DNA from: Octopus sinensis
Taxonomy: Eukaryota
DNA length: 64,000 nt
Direction of reading: 5' to 3'
NCBI RefSeq assembly: GCF_006345805.1
Contig: NC_043000.1
Span: forward strand, 36,828,001 to 36,892,000
Shown: one piece after another, positions 36,721 to 47,870 of the stretch
Position numbering within the stretch: position 1 is the stretch's first letter
Layout: every line of letters starts with the position of its first letter
Position numbers and translations under genes: made by a program
Notes under the pieces: generated by a model
Told to the model about the DNA's origin: nothing
The model's input: only the letters and a program-made list of their open reading frames with translations
The model's database searches: none

Positions 36721-38199
36721 GAGTAGCTTTCTGCTCACGATTACATAGGCTCCTAAAGCAAGTAGCGAAAGCACATAACTGCGTTGCCCGCGCTCGCGGA
36801 TTATGAGCAAGGTTTATGTGCGTTGAGAAGAAGAAGAAGAAGAAATAAAAATGCTGGGCGGCAAAGAGATTAAGCCATAACCGAAACACAAACAGAAATA
36901 AAACAATAGAGTGGGCCCGAAGCAAAAGCATTAAGAATTGTTGAAAGGAGGCAGAAACAAAACCTTTATTTCCGATATGCGTGTATGCGTATAAGCCCCT
37001 TTTTTTCCTCAATGAACTTCTGCATCCATCCCTTCCTTTTGTTTCCCAACATCACACACGCCTTATCATACAGGCGTCTCTCTACCTATCAATCAATCTA
37101 TCTATCTCTCTCTCACACACACACCTTTCTGCAATCATTCGCTCACAAAACTCTAAATCTCTCTCACATACCCCATTTTATACAGAACATATTTCTTCTT
37201 TCATCCCTCCTCCTTTTATACTCTCTCTCTCTCTCAAATACATCTCCATATTTAACTGTCTTTTTCGCGTGATTGCACGTCACACAATCAGCTGACTGTC
37301 ACCCTTGCAATCATCTACTCCCTCTCTCTCCTTCAAGCCTGACAAAAAGAGGAAACCGACCAAAAGACACATCTGATACGTGACTCACCGTTTTATATAA
37401 ACTAACATAGGTTTTTGTGTTTCTACGTGTTTTGGTCTTTTCCATAACACCCCCCCTTTTTTTTTTTACAAGCGTTAGTGCATTTGATTTTCTCTCCAGC
37501 AACAATGTGTATAATTGTTGCCTTTCAAATCAAAGTGCATCACGGTGTTTTGCACACATAAAGAAATTGCAATGCATGATGACAACTGCAGTTTGGGAGG
37601 AAGGAAAACACTGACTGGCTGTCATTTACAGGCGAATTTTAAGAGAGAGGGAATAAATATGCTGCACATTTATTTGTTTTCTATCCTTTAGACATAGGAA
37701 TGTGTGTATGTGAATGGGGAGAGAGAGAGAGACAGACAGACAGACAGATAGGGAGAAAGTGAAAAGAGAGAGAGAGCGAAAGCAGTTGGAGGAAGAAATG
37801 CTACACCCGATAGCATATCTTTTTAGTAAACTTCCATTTAGATCACACTCTTAAAATATTTCAGGATACAAATAAGAGAACCATCGTCGGTGAAGGACAG
37901 CGCCTGGACCATACATTCTGAATAAATTAGGTGTATTTCAGAGGAGGTGGTCACCCTAATGGGCAAGCGTTGTTATGTAAGAGTCTTGCGTTGGTTTCGC
38001 ATGTTTTATTTCAGGATGCCGTTTATGAGATGTTTGTGTACAAAAGCGTCATTATTCATCTAAAAACCAGAGAAATTAACTTGGTTAGCTTGTGATGTTT
38101 TTTAAAGAATATTTTCTCTTTGACTGATTTCTGTCAGAGACTTTGGCTCATCTGGAGCACAACATTTCAGTATCATTAGGCTTCTTTCTTGTACTCATT

Positions 38200-39705
38200 T
38201 TGGTGACTCAAACTGAGCCCCTCTTTGTGCCTCCAGCCGCGATGTGGGTTTATCTGGTATCTCAGAAATGTGTCCGGACACTCTTTGAAAACCCCCTATA
38301 TCTATACTCCGCAAATCTGAGGCTGTTTCACAGAATGTTGAACAATTTTGGACCCTACAAACTTAAGTTGTTACGGTACTGGGTCCCTATTCTAGATGGA
38401 GAAGACGAGATCATTGGTACAAGGCAGTGTCGGCCAGTTCAGCGGTTGGTATAGCTTTCAATCCCAATGTTCGGAACTAGAGTTTACAGCATCTTTCACA
38501 CATACCTACATATATTTTTTACTTATTCTTTTACTAGTTCCAGTCATTTGACTGCGGCCACGCTGGAGCACCGCCTTTGGTCGAACAAATCAACACCAGG
38601 ACTTACCCTTTGTAAGACTAGTACTTATTTTATAAGTCTCTTTTGCCGATCCGCTAAACTACGGGGACGCAAACGCAACAACATCGGTTATCAAGTGATG
38701 GCTGGGGGACAAACACAGACATACAAATATATATATATACATACACGACGGGCTTCTTTCCAGTTTCTGTCTACCAAATCCACTCACAAGGCTTTATTCG
38801 GCCCGTGGATATAGTAGCCACGTGTCCAAGGTGCCATTCAGTGGGACTGAACCCGGAACAATGTGGTTGGGAATCAGATTTCTTCATTTCCTTACATTTA
38901 CCATAAAAGCATAATACAGGTGAAATCTTTGCGGGCTGGACACAGACACAATGATGATGATGATGATGGAATGAAAAAAGGGATGGTTGGTGGGAATCAG
39001 GCTTCTTACCACACAGTTGCATATCTTTCACGCCTCTCTAGGGAGCAGGGCTCGAATTCCTTTAGCCCCTACCAGTAGCTTGTCTGTTACACAGAGTTAA
39101 TCTTTGTGTTGTATCCCTGGATTACTTCAAGTTCGGCCACAGTTGGGTGTAGTAATCGAAACCGGTGAGAAAGAAAGTTCTCTACAAGAATAGCAAGATA
39201 AACCATTTTCATAGTCTTGAATGATCTTCTCGCCCGCACAGTGTTGCTATCTTGCTTATATGCATATAGAATTTTGCATCACTACTCATATGCATTCACA
39301 GGACACACTGACTGACACTTGCACTACCCGCTGGTCCTATGTATTCCGGTTGTAGTTTGTCTGTGGACCGATAGTGGTGCGCTTGAACCTTCTCGGCACT
39401 GAACTTGGACTGCATGTTGTTTTCATCCGCCAATTTGTATATTGCAGCTTTAGTTTGTCATCAGGATCCTTGACTTTTGTAGCATCAGCGCAGCTGGTGT
39501 GAGGGGTTAACTGTATGGCTGAGGGTATGTCTGAGAGAACCACCTCAAACAGTAGTGGTCTCAAGATAGTTTCTCGAGGGACTACAGCTGAGATCTGCTG
39601 CATCTTCAGGGAGAACACCATTGGCTGAAACTGCTTGACTTCTCTCTTATAAAAAGTCATGCACCCACTCTCAGTTTTCCTGTGATTCCAAGGTCACACA
39701 GAATG
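38200..39705 (-). mobile_element. CR1-group LINE 3' portion (RT domain to C-terminus), split by a SINE
   Basis: Minus-strand motifs in order: DLGITGKL, VPRETILRPLLFEVVLSDIP, SCADATKV, FDYYTQLW, AELEVIQ, SYW..LERRERY, then after the SINE LVPNIGIESYTN, TGRHC and GPKLFNIL. Confidence 0.88.
38525..39016 (-). mobile_element. SINE family B inserted in the CR1, itself carrying a 113-bp insert with 10-bp duplication
   Basis: Family B tail and head are present. TGGGAATCAG at 38868-38877 and 38991-39000 flanks a (TGA)n-containing insert. Confidence 0.85.
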
Positions 39706-39714
39706 CTTAAATCA

Positions 39715-39845
39715 CCCGAGGTCGACTTTGCCTTTCAACCTTTCGAGGTCGATAACTTAAGTACCAGTTGTGTACTAGGGTCGATCTAATCGACTGGCCC
39801 CCTCCCCCAAAACATTTCGGGCCTTCTGCCTAGAGTAGAAAAGAA
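39715..39845 (+). mobile_element. 5'-truncated SINE family A
   Basis: CCGAGGTCGACTTTGCCTTTCAACC...TAGAGTAGAAAAG. AGAATGCTTAAATCAC (about 39701) and AGAATGCCTAAATCAC (about 39842) look like a target-site duplication. Confidence 0.85.
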
Positions 39846-40089
39846 TGCCTAAATCACAGAATTAGCATTCATATATGTGAGGCGCTTTTTCACTTTCAGT
39901 AAGCAGGGGCAGTGTTTAGATACTCAGCGCCCGAGATCAATCCTACTGTTTTCATTCGTGAATGCAGCTAGAAGCAATATTGTTTGTTCAGTGTTGTGTT
40001 ATCGCTAAACCATTAGTCAAACACCTACGGTGATTCTTCATTGAGAGTTATGGACACTAAGGCTAAGGTTCGAACATTGTCTGTTACAT

Positions 40090-40452
40090 AGGCCCAAGCA
40101 TGGTTAAATGGTAACAAGCTTTCTTTCCAACTCCACGGTTCTGGGTTCGATCTTTCTACTATAGTTTCGGGCCGATCAAACCCCTGTGGGTGGATTTGGC
40201 AGACAAAAAACAGAGAAGCCCGTCGTATAATGCGTGCGGTGGGGGTGAGTGTGTATGTGATGTGAGTGTGTCCACCCACCACTACTTGATAACCGGTGTT
40301 GATGTGTTTACGTCCTGCAACTTAGCTGTTCAGCAAAATAGAGAAAGTCTAAATACCAAGCTTTACATAAGCAGTGGTTTCGATTCGCTCGACTAAAATT
40401 TTCCACGGTGGTACCCCAGCATGGCTGCAGTCAAATGACCGAAACTAGTAAA
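40090..40452 (+). mobile_element. SINE family B
   Basis: Head TGGTTAAATGGTAACAAGCTT...GGGTTCGATC and tail CCCCAGCATGGCTGCAGTCAAATGACCGAAAC. Confidence 0.85.
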
Positions 40453-40643
40453 AAAAAAGCTTTTTTTAAATTTTGCTCCCTTTTTTGTTGTTTGTCCCTG
40501 TTTTAGTCAAGCTATGAAATTTTGTCTAAGTTGGTCAGAATTTGTGATTGGAACGAGCTTATGGAACCTGGGCGTTCACCTGGTTTGTTCGGTGCCAGCC
40601 TTGAGGGTCAGACATTTTGAGAAGAACTACTAGTCACGATGCT

Positions 40644-40722
40644 GGTGCCGAACCGTCGTTTCGGATCGAGGTGGTAAACTTCTTAGATATTCTGGTACTG
40701 CTTACCCTATCATCAGGTGACC
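40644..40722 (-). ncRNA. Hammerhead-ribozyme-like motif (Penelope-type, probably a decayed retroelement end)
   Basis: Minus strand GGUCAC-CUGAUGA-UA-GGGUAAGC..(20 nt)..GUUUACC-ACCUCGAUCC-GAAAC-GACG-GUUC-GGCACC. Core boxes are intact. Stem I and the base of stem II are imperfect. Confidence 0.4.
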
Positions 40723-41145
40723 AAGTTATTATTTAAAAAAAAAAAAAAAAATTAAAGCTCCTCCTGTAGGAACAGTTCTAGCGAGTTCTTCAATATTCTT
40801 GTAATGCTTCCCAGGTCTTCTAGGATCTATAACGATAAAGTATTCTGCCCTTGAAGCGAACATAGCACTTTGCTGTGGATTCGAACTCCTAATGGGGACA
40901 CTCACTGTTTCAGTCACATCACATTTTCTCAACCATCACACACACACACTGTCTATCTTTCAAGCACACATACACACACTCTCATTCTCTCCCTGTCTTC
41001 TGCCTATCATTTTCTCACTCTCTCTCATCACTCGTAAATACAGAAGCAGTTTATACACATTCCGATACATGCATTCATACATGCACTTGTCATTATCAAA
41101 CACACAACATGCACACAACTAGTATATATATATTATATATATAAA

Positions 41146-41320
41146 AGGCGGCGAGCTGGCAGAAACGTTAGCACACCGGGCGAATCGACTTTGCCTTTCA
41201 TCCTTTCGGGGTCGATATATTAAGTACCAGTTACGCACTGGGGTCGATGTAATCGACTTAATCTCTTTGTCTGTCCTTGTTTGTCCCCTCTGTGTTTGGC
41301 CCCTTGTGGGTAGTAAAGAA
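41146..41320 (+). mobile_element. SINE family A with internal deletion
   Basis: AGGCGGCGAGCTGGCAGAAACGTTAGCAC...TCGACTTTGCCTTTCATCCTTTCGGGGTCGAT...GGGTAGTAAAGAAA. Confidence 0.88.
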
Positions 41321-42707
41321 ATATATATATATTATGTAAATATATTATATAAATGGCGGTGCCCCAGCTTGGCCACAGCTCGTGAGCTGAAACTAGAATC
41401 AATCAATCAATCATATATACACATATACAATGTAACACACAAATACATGCGTATATTCGGCGTTTGAGCTCTCATACACACAGAAACGAGTACTTTCCAC
41501 ACCCGCATACACAAACTTACACTGTACACAAACACAGGCATCCGAGCACACACACACATACATATATGACTACACACATATACAAGCACTCTATACATGT
41601 ACAAATATTTTATACACATACACACGCAAAACACTCCTGCAGCAACCATTTAATAAACTATTTCTCTAATATACAAAATTTTCTGTTTCTAATTTCTCTC
41701 TCTCTCTAAAAAAAACACACGCACAATTATCTATCTATCTATCGAGCTCTCTGCCTCTTATATGTATATGCTCTCCACTCGCTCTCCCGTCTTTCCTCCA
41801 TCTTCCTCTCCCTCTCAAAGAGATTCAAAACATGAACATCTCGTTGCTCAATCCTATTATTTCTACCCTTATTCATTATTCAAGCACCGACCCACCCTTT
41901 CCCTCTTCCTTTTCATTACCTCCCTCCCTCTCTCTCTCTCTCTATTTACTTTCTCTCCCCACCACCAAACTTCTATCTCTCCAGCCTTCTCTCTTCTCTT
42001 ATTCTCCAGTTCCATCTCTAAACGCTGCTTTATCTCTCTCTCTCTCTCCTCCCACTCTCTATACTCCTTATCCGTACACTTCCCCCCTCTCTGCCTCACA
42101 TTCACTTCCTCTCCCCCCCCCCCTCTCGCTTCCCCTCATATTCAATATAATTGTGTATTAATTGAATGAATTCTTTATATTGATAGTTATCATTTCGCTG
42201 TTCTGGAAATAGATTCAGAATAAATCAGAATAAATCTCATTTTACTTGATGCTACCAAAATTTATTGTAATGACGTCCAGGGATGTTACACTACAAGGAA
42301 CCATTTGCTCGCATTCGTGTATATGTGTGTGTGTGTGTGTGTGTACGGGTGTATATGTCTATACATGTGCGTGTGCTACAGTATATATGTCTGTGTGAGT
42401 TTGGATGTGTGTCATAGTTTTTTACCTCTTTCTTTTTCTACTATTTTAATCGAGGTCTACAAAAGAATTTGGAACTTCTAAATGCATCAGAAATCAATAG
42501 AATGGAACTTATTGGATGTAACTGAATATACACGCGTATATATATACACACACACACACACATGATTTGTACTTTTAAATTTATGTGTATATCTGTCTGT
42601 ATGTATAACTAATGCAATTTCTAAATGCGCACAAACACATATATACATACACTCGCACATATGTACACACATATACAAATATATCCCCACTTAAAAACAT
42701 ATATGTA

Positions 42708-42751
<44 letters not shown>

Positions 42752-43359
42752 CGAATAAACACACACACACACAATGAGATTTCAAAGTACTATACATATA
42801 TAAATACAGTAACAAACAAATACACTCACACTAACAAAATAACACACAAACACAATGTAACAAACCTGTACACATACACACACACAAACTGTGGATGGCT
42901 ATGTATTTCGAAAACTATACATAGAAAATATCTATAAATTATATATGAAATATATTTAAAACATACATAAATTTAAAAAAGAACACCGAGAAACAATACG
43001 AGATGCATAGATTTGACTGTATATATATATATGTGTGTGTGTGTGTTCATATGTATATGTGACGAAATATGTATATCTGCACATATAATTGGGTGTGGTT
43101 GTCTGAATCTGTATGTGTGTATGAATGCGCAACTAGTTCCACTCCCTTCACCTCCACCCTTCTCTTTCTCCTTCAAACCAAATCAATATATAACCTAAGT
43201 CGTACACTATATACCCACCACCACCACCTCCATTCCTTTTTAAGGTTTATTTATTTTTTGAATATGCGCTTTCGTTTCTTTTTCTAATCTGGTTCTCCCG
43301 CTCATCCGCTCTCAATAGCTAGTAAGTAATTTGATGACAAAGGCCACCATTTTTACCTA

Positions 43360-43440
43360 TAGGCGCAGGAATGGCTTGTGTGGTAAGTAACTTGCTTACC
43401 AAACAAATGGCTCCGGGTTCAGTCTCATTGCGTGGCACAT
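43360..43440 (+). mobile_element. SINE family B head only (A and B boxes), fused to Tc1 internal sequence
   Basis: TAGGCGCAGGAATGGCTTGTGTGGTAAG...CCGGGTTCAGTCTCATTGCGTGGCAC, then an abrupt switch to the Tc1 leader. Confidence 0.8.
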
Positions 43441-44792
43441 TTGCAGGCTTAACGTAACTACCGTTTCAGTATTGTGCTAGCTTCCGAACATGGCACACCA
43501 CGCTGAAGTTACTCCGGACCTCCGAAAAGAAATAGTTAGGATAAAAGTTTCAAGAATGACTCTCTCGGCTATTTCACGAGACGTAAGGAGGTCTAAGAGT
43601 GTAGTTTCGCGTGTTCTTACGCTCTTTGAAAACCCAAATGGTTTGAAACGAAAAAGGCAACTGGTAGACTACGGAAAACCACCATGCGAGATGATCGAGC
43701 CACGAAACGGTACGTATTGAAGGACCCTTTCAGGACTGCGGCTGGAATTTCTAAGTAAATACATGTAAATAATGGTGCGGAAGTGAGCCGCTTTATAGTG
43801 TCTCGTCGTCTAAAGGAATTTGGTTTAAAGACTTGTTCTCCGGCAACGAAACCTGCCATCAGCAAGAAGAACAAATTAGAAAGACTTTCATTTGCAGATG
43901 CCCATGTGAACTGGAGGGATGAAAATTGGTCAGAAGTTAATTTTAGCGATGAAAGCAAATTCAGTGTAGTAGGTTCAGATGGTAGACAATATGTTAGGCG
44001 CTTCACAGGAGATCGGCTAAAATCAAAGTGCCTGAATGAATTTGCCAAGTTTGGAGGAGGAAGCGTCATGGTGTGGAAAATGATTTCTTCTGAAGGAGTT
44101 GGCCCTCTTGTGCAGATTAAAGGGACTATTAATGCTAATATCTATTTGAATTTGGTTAAACACCATGTGATCCCATCCTTACGAGCATTTCCGAATCAAC
44201 CATGCATTTTCATGCAAGATAACACCCGTTGTAATACTGCAAAGCGTGTCACTGAATTCTTCGATGAACAAAATATCCAAGTAATGAAGTGGCCAGCACA
44301 AAGTCGAGACTTAAATCCAATTGAAAACCTTTGGAAGATATCTGGAGACAAAGTAATACAAAGGGCACCAACTACTACGAGGAATTTATGGGAGATATTA
44401 GAAGAATGGAAGAAAGTAACAGCTGACTTGTGCAGGAAACTTGTTAAGTCCTTTGGCAATCGATGTGCAGAGGTGAGCTCCAACAAAGGTCTACAAACAA
44501 CATACTAATTGTATTAAGTTCATATTTACATTTCTTTCAATCATTTTGATGGTTTTGAGTCAATTGAAGCATTTTTTTTTTTTTGGTTTGATCGTTCTCT
44601 CATTTTGCACATGAGACATTTGGACGAAATTAGTGTTAGTGTTAACTTTTATTAAGACCATTGTACAAACTTAGATTTTTCAAAGAATTTAGCTAATGGT
44701 TACGAAACCAATTGCGAATTTTGTACGTTTACTAACATTTCCAAAATTAAAAAAATATTAATCGTTCTCTTCTTTTTCTTTGCTCGCTAATG
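43441..44792 (+). mobile_element. Tc1-family (DD34E) transposon, left end missing, IR/DR-like right end
   Basis: The right terminus ...TTTGCTCGCTAATG|TA ends at 44792. ATCGTTCTCT occurs at 44591 and 44761 as inner and outer direct repeats. No matching left TIR was found. Confidence 0.85.
43490..44508 (+). pseudogene. Tc1 transposase: N-terminal HTH ORF frameshifted from an uninterrupted catalytic-domain ORF (43783-44508)
   Basis: FSDESKF, GGGSVMVW, FMQDN and DLNPIENLW with D-x34-E spacing counted. The N-terminal ORF 43490-43720 is in a different frame, with a stop near 43756. Confidence 0.92.
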
Positions 44793-45447
44793 TATATTTA
44801 TTCACACACGCAAGCATGTGTGTGTATACCTGTACTAAGTATAGGGGTGCGTTTTTTTAAAATCTCTTTTCATATTTTTAAGAGATCTTTGCAGTTCTTT
44901 TAAAATAGGAACCACCCCGGGGACATTATCACTATTTGTGGACTTGCATGGTTTTATCTTCAGAACGAAGTTATGCTAGCGCATGTTGCTTCCTGCTTAT
45001 ATATATATACAAATAGAAAAATTATTTCTTTCCATCCAAACAAAAATCCCCCTCCCTACTGATAGATCTAAATAACAAAGTAAAAATCTACAGTCAGAGA
45101 GTAGATTTAATACTATCATGTTCTTAAGGAGGAAATCAACCTCTCTGTCTATATATCTACTCTCTTTATAATGTTGGCAAACGAAATAGGGATAAGAACG
45201 TGCATTGTCCATTTGTTTGGAAAATTTCTAAAGGTGGCTGAGGATTGCTCGACATTTTAAAACTGATGTAATGCTTACAGTGTTTAATAAAATGAAGTAG
45301 CATGTAACGATCGTATCACATTACCTCGGATATACTTGTTGCTTATTTTTATTGTAATCACCCCATGGATTTATATGGATAATACCATACAAAAGTTTGG
45401 TGCCATTGACTTAAGTACCATATTCATTTGAATCTAAATTTTGCTGA

Positions 45448-45479
<32 letters not shown>

Positions 45480-45552
45480 GATGATTAGTATAGATATAAC
45501 CGCTCGTATTTTAATCTTTGAACTGTAGTGTTAAGGACCAATCAATCACGTA

Positions 45553-45933
45553 ACTATGCTTCTTACCGAAGGCGGAGTTATTGTTTCAGTCGTATTTATT
45601 TGTTTGCTTGTCCGTCGGTGGACAAGATATTACAAAAACCGCTGGATAGATTCGGATGAAACTTTAAGAGTTGTGTGGCCTCGTGACTGGCACAAATTGA
45701 TTAGATTTGGGGATCGATATGGCACCGGACAAGGGTTTTGGATTATTTTTCCTTTTTTTTTTTTTACTTAATTTTTGAAAGCGGTTAGGTTAATTTTTAA
45801 TATTCTCGTTTGTGAGAGCAGTCAAGTTTATTTCATATATTCTCATTTTAAAAATCCTCCCCAGCTAATCGCTGAGAAGACGTACGTCGGTGTTACCTTG
45901 GCGGAGGTTTGTACTCTCTGAGTGCTCTTGTTT
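45553..45933 (-). mobile_element. Helentron/HINE-like element, second copy
   Basis: Ends ...CCTTGGCGGAGGTTTGTACTCTCTGAGTGCTCTTGTTT, the reverse complement of the start at 10745. Confidence 0.75.
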
Positions 45934-46103
45934 GTATTCATTTTCCCCGTTGTCCTGTCTCATGTCACCTGCTTCCATCATTAATCATCTAATCTTTGTG
46001 GACAATTCTTTGTACTCCGCATATGTTGTTTACTAGTGTCTTCCCATCTATTTTAGTTTTTCGTTTTGCATTGCATAGCCAGTTGATGTTCAAGTATCTA
46101 CAC

Positions 46104-46417
46104 CAGTGATTCTTAACCATTTTTCGCTTATGGGCACCTTTAATTCCTATTTTATTCGGATGGACCCGCATGCACTCTCAGAGCCATTCGATGTTTAAAA
46201 ATTCCTATTATGTTTTTACAGTTAAATCTTGAAATTAAAAATTGGTTAAACATTTATGATTATGAATAGAATATGAATAAAATATGATTATGAATAATTG
46301 TAGAGAAAATTTATAAAAATATTGTGTATTATGGAAGCATAAGCAGTTTATTGCGCATAAATGTTTTTAGAACAAAATTATATATGGATTGCCAAGGACC
46401 TCGATTGAGAGCCACCG
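46104..46417. mobile_element. hAT (Charlie-like) MITE
   Basis: CAGTGATTCTTAACC...GATTGAGAGCCACCG with imperfect 8-bp flanks ATCTACAC / ATCTCCAT. The same family appears inverted at 60798-61331. Confidence 0.75.
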
Positions 46418-47679
46418 ATCTCCATTGTATACTGTCACAAAAACGATGACCATGAATTTAGAAATTACAAGGGATTGATACCAAAATATGGAGACTAGAT
46501 TCAAAAACTAGAAAATTGTCGTCTGTTCCTTAATATCTTAAGAAAAATAAAAACTGCACACATATTTATATACACGCCTATAAACACATTCACTGATAAG
46601 CAATCAAAATGATGATTTTTGTTTTCTCCTTTAACGCTTTGCACCGTTACTGACAGAAAAAAAGAGATAAGAGTCGACGTAAAAAAGTGCGCGAGGAGGG
46701 CACATACTAGATATGGTGCAGGAAGATACGTAAACATGCGAGCAGGTTGTTTTTAGAGAACAGGAGAGAAGGAGCTCGGTATGCGGTTGAAGATGTAATT
46801 CTATTTATTCAGTTGATGACATTTGCTATTACTTTAAGTTTCACAAATGTTGGATCTATCAGAAGGCGGCCAAGATGTTCTAAACAAAATGACAAAGTGG
46901 CCGAATGTTTGAGCTTGTTAAGATGAAAATTAAATGTAACGCCGTAAAGCATCAGCCTCACACAAGGTATATGTAAAAGTCCATATGTATATATAGGGAT
47001 GAGTGTGTGTAGATAGATAATACCGCATCATTTGTGTATGTGCGTGTGTGGCAACAGAGAGAATAAGAGATGCACATATAGCAGAGATCTGGCAGAATGT
47101 TATAGAATGTGGCGTGAGTTAGTGAAGGCAAAGATGTTGCTGTTGAGATAAATGAGGGATTGTTAATCCATTCTCATTGATCAAATGATACTGACAGATG
47201 GATGAGTGATTCATGGTGGTGTAATGCTGCAGCTAGAACGATGATGATGATGATGCAGATGATGGTGGTGTAGGTAGCGACGACGACGGTGGTGACGATG
47301 ATGAGTATTAGTGGAATTGCGGTGATTGGGTAACAGAATGTATGAGACTATGGTGAATAGCTGGGAGGATGGGCGAACGGACGGGTGGGTGGGTGGGTGA
47401 TGAGTGATGGAATGAAGAGAAGGAGATGAATGGAGGAATGGAAGAAGAGATTTAAATCCAGAAGGATGCAACTATAAATATATGGATGTCTAGATAAAGG
47501 AGAAGATGAATGAATGGTGGGAGATATTAATGGAAATCTGGGTTGAATGGAGTGAAATCAGCAGAGAAATAAATGAATAGACAAATGACGTGAGAAACAC
47601 GGTACAAAGAAGCAAATATAGAGATAGGGAGAGGATTACTTTAATAACATCGTTGCGCATTCGCCAGCTGAAGAGACGT

Positions 47680-47870
47680 GTATATACACATACAAACACA
47701 AACATACATACATATATGCACACATATATACACATACACACATACATATATATTTACACACACATATTTACACATACACACACATACAAGCACACGTATA
47801 CAAACACACGTATACACACACACATATATGCTCATACACAGACACACGCACATATTCACACATACATATT
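47680..47870. repeat. Degenerate (CA/TA)n microsatellite
   Basis: Direct inspection. Confidence 0.9.

Noticed and set aside
46657-46966. Possible plus-strand non-coding exon (pyrimidine tract, CAG| ... AAG|GTATAT)
   Set aside because: There is no open frame through it and the splice signals are of a strength expected by chance.
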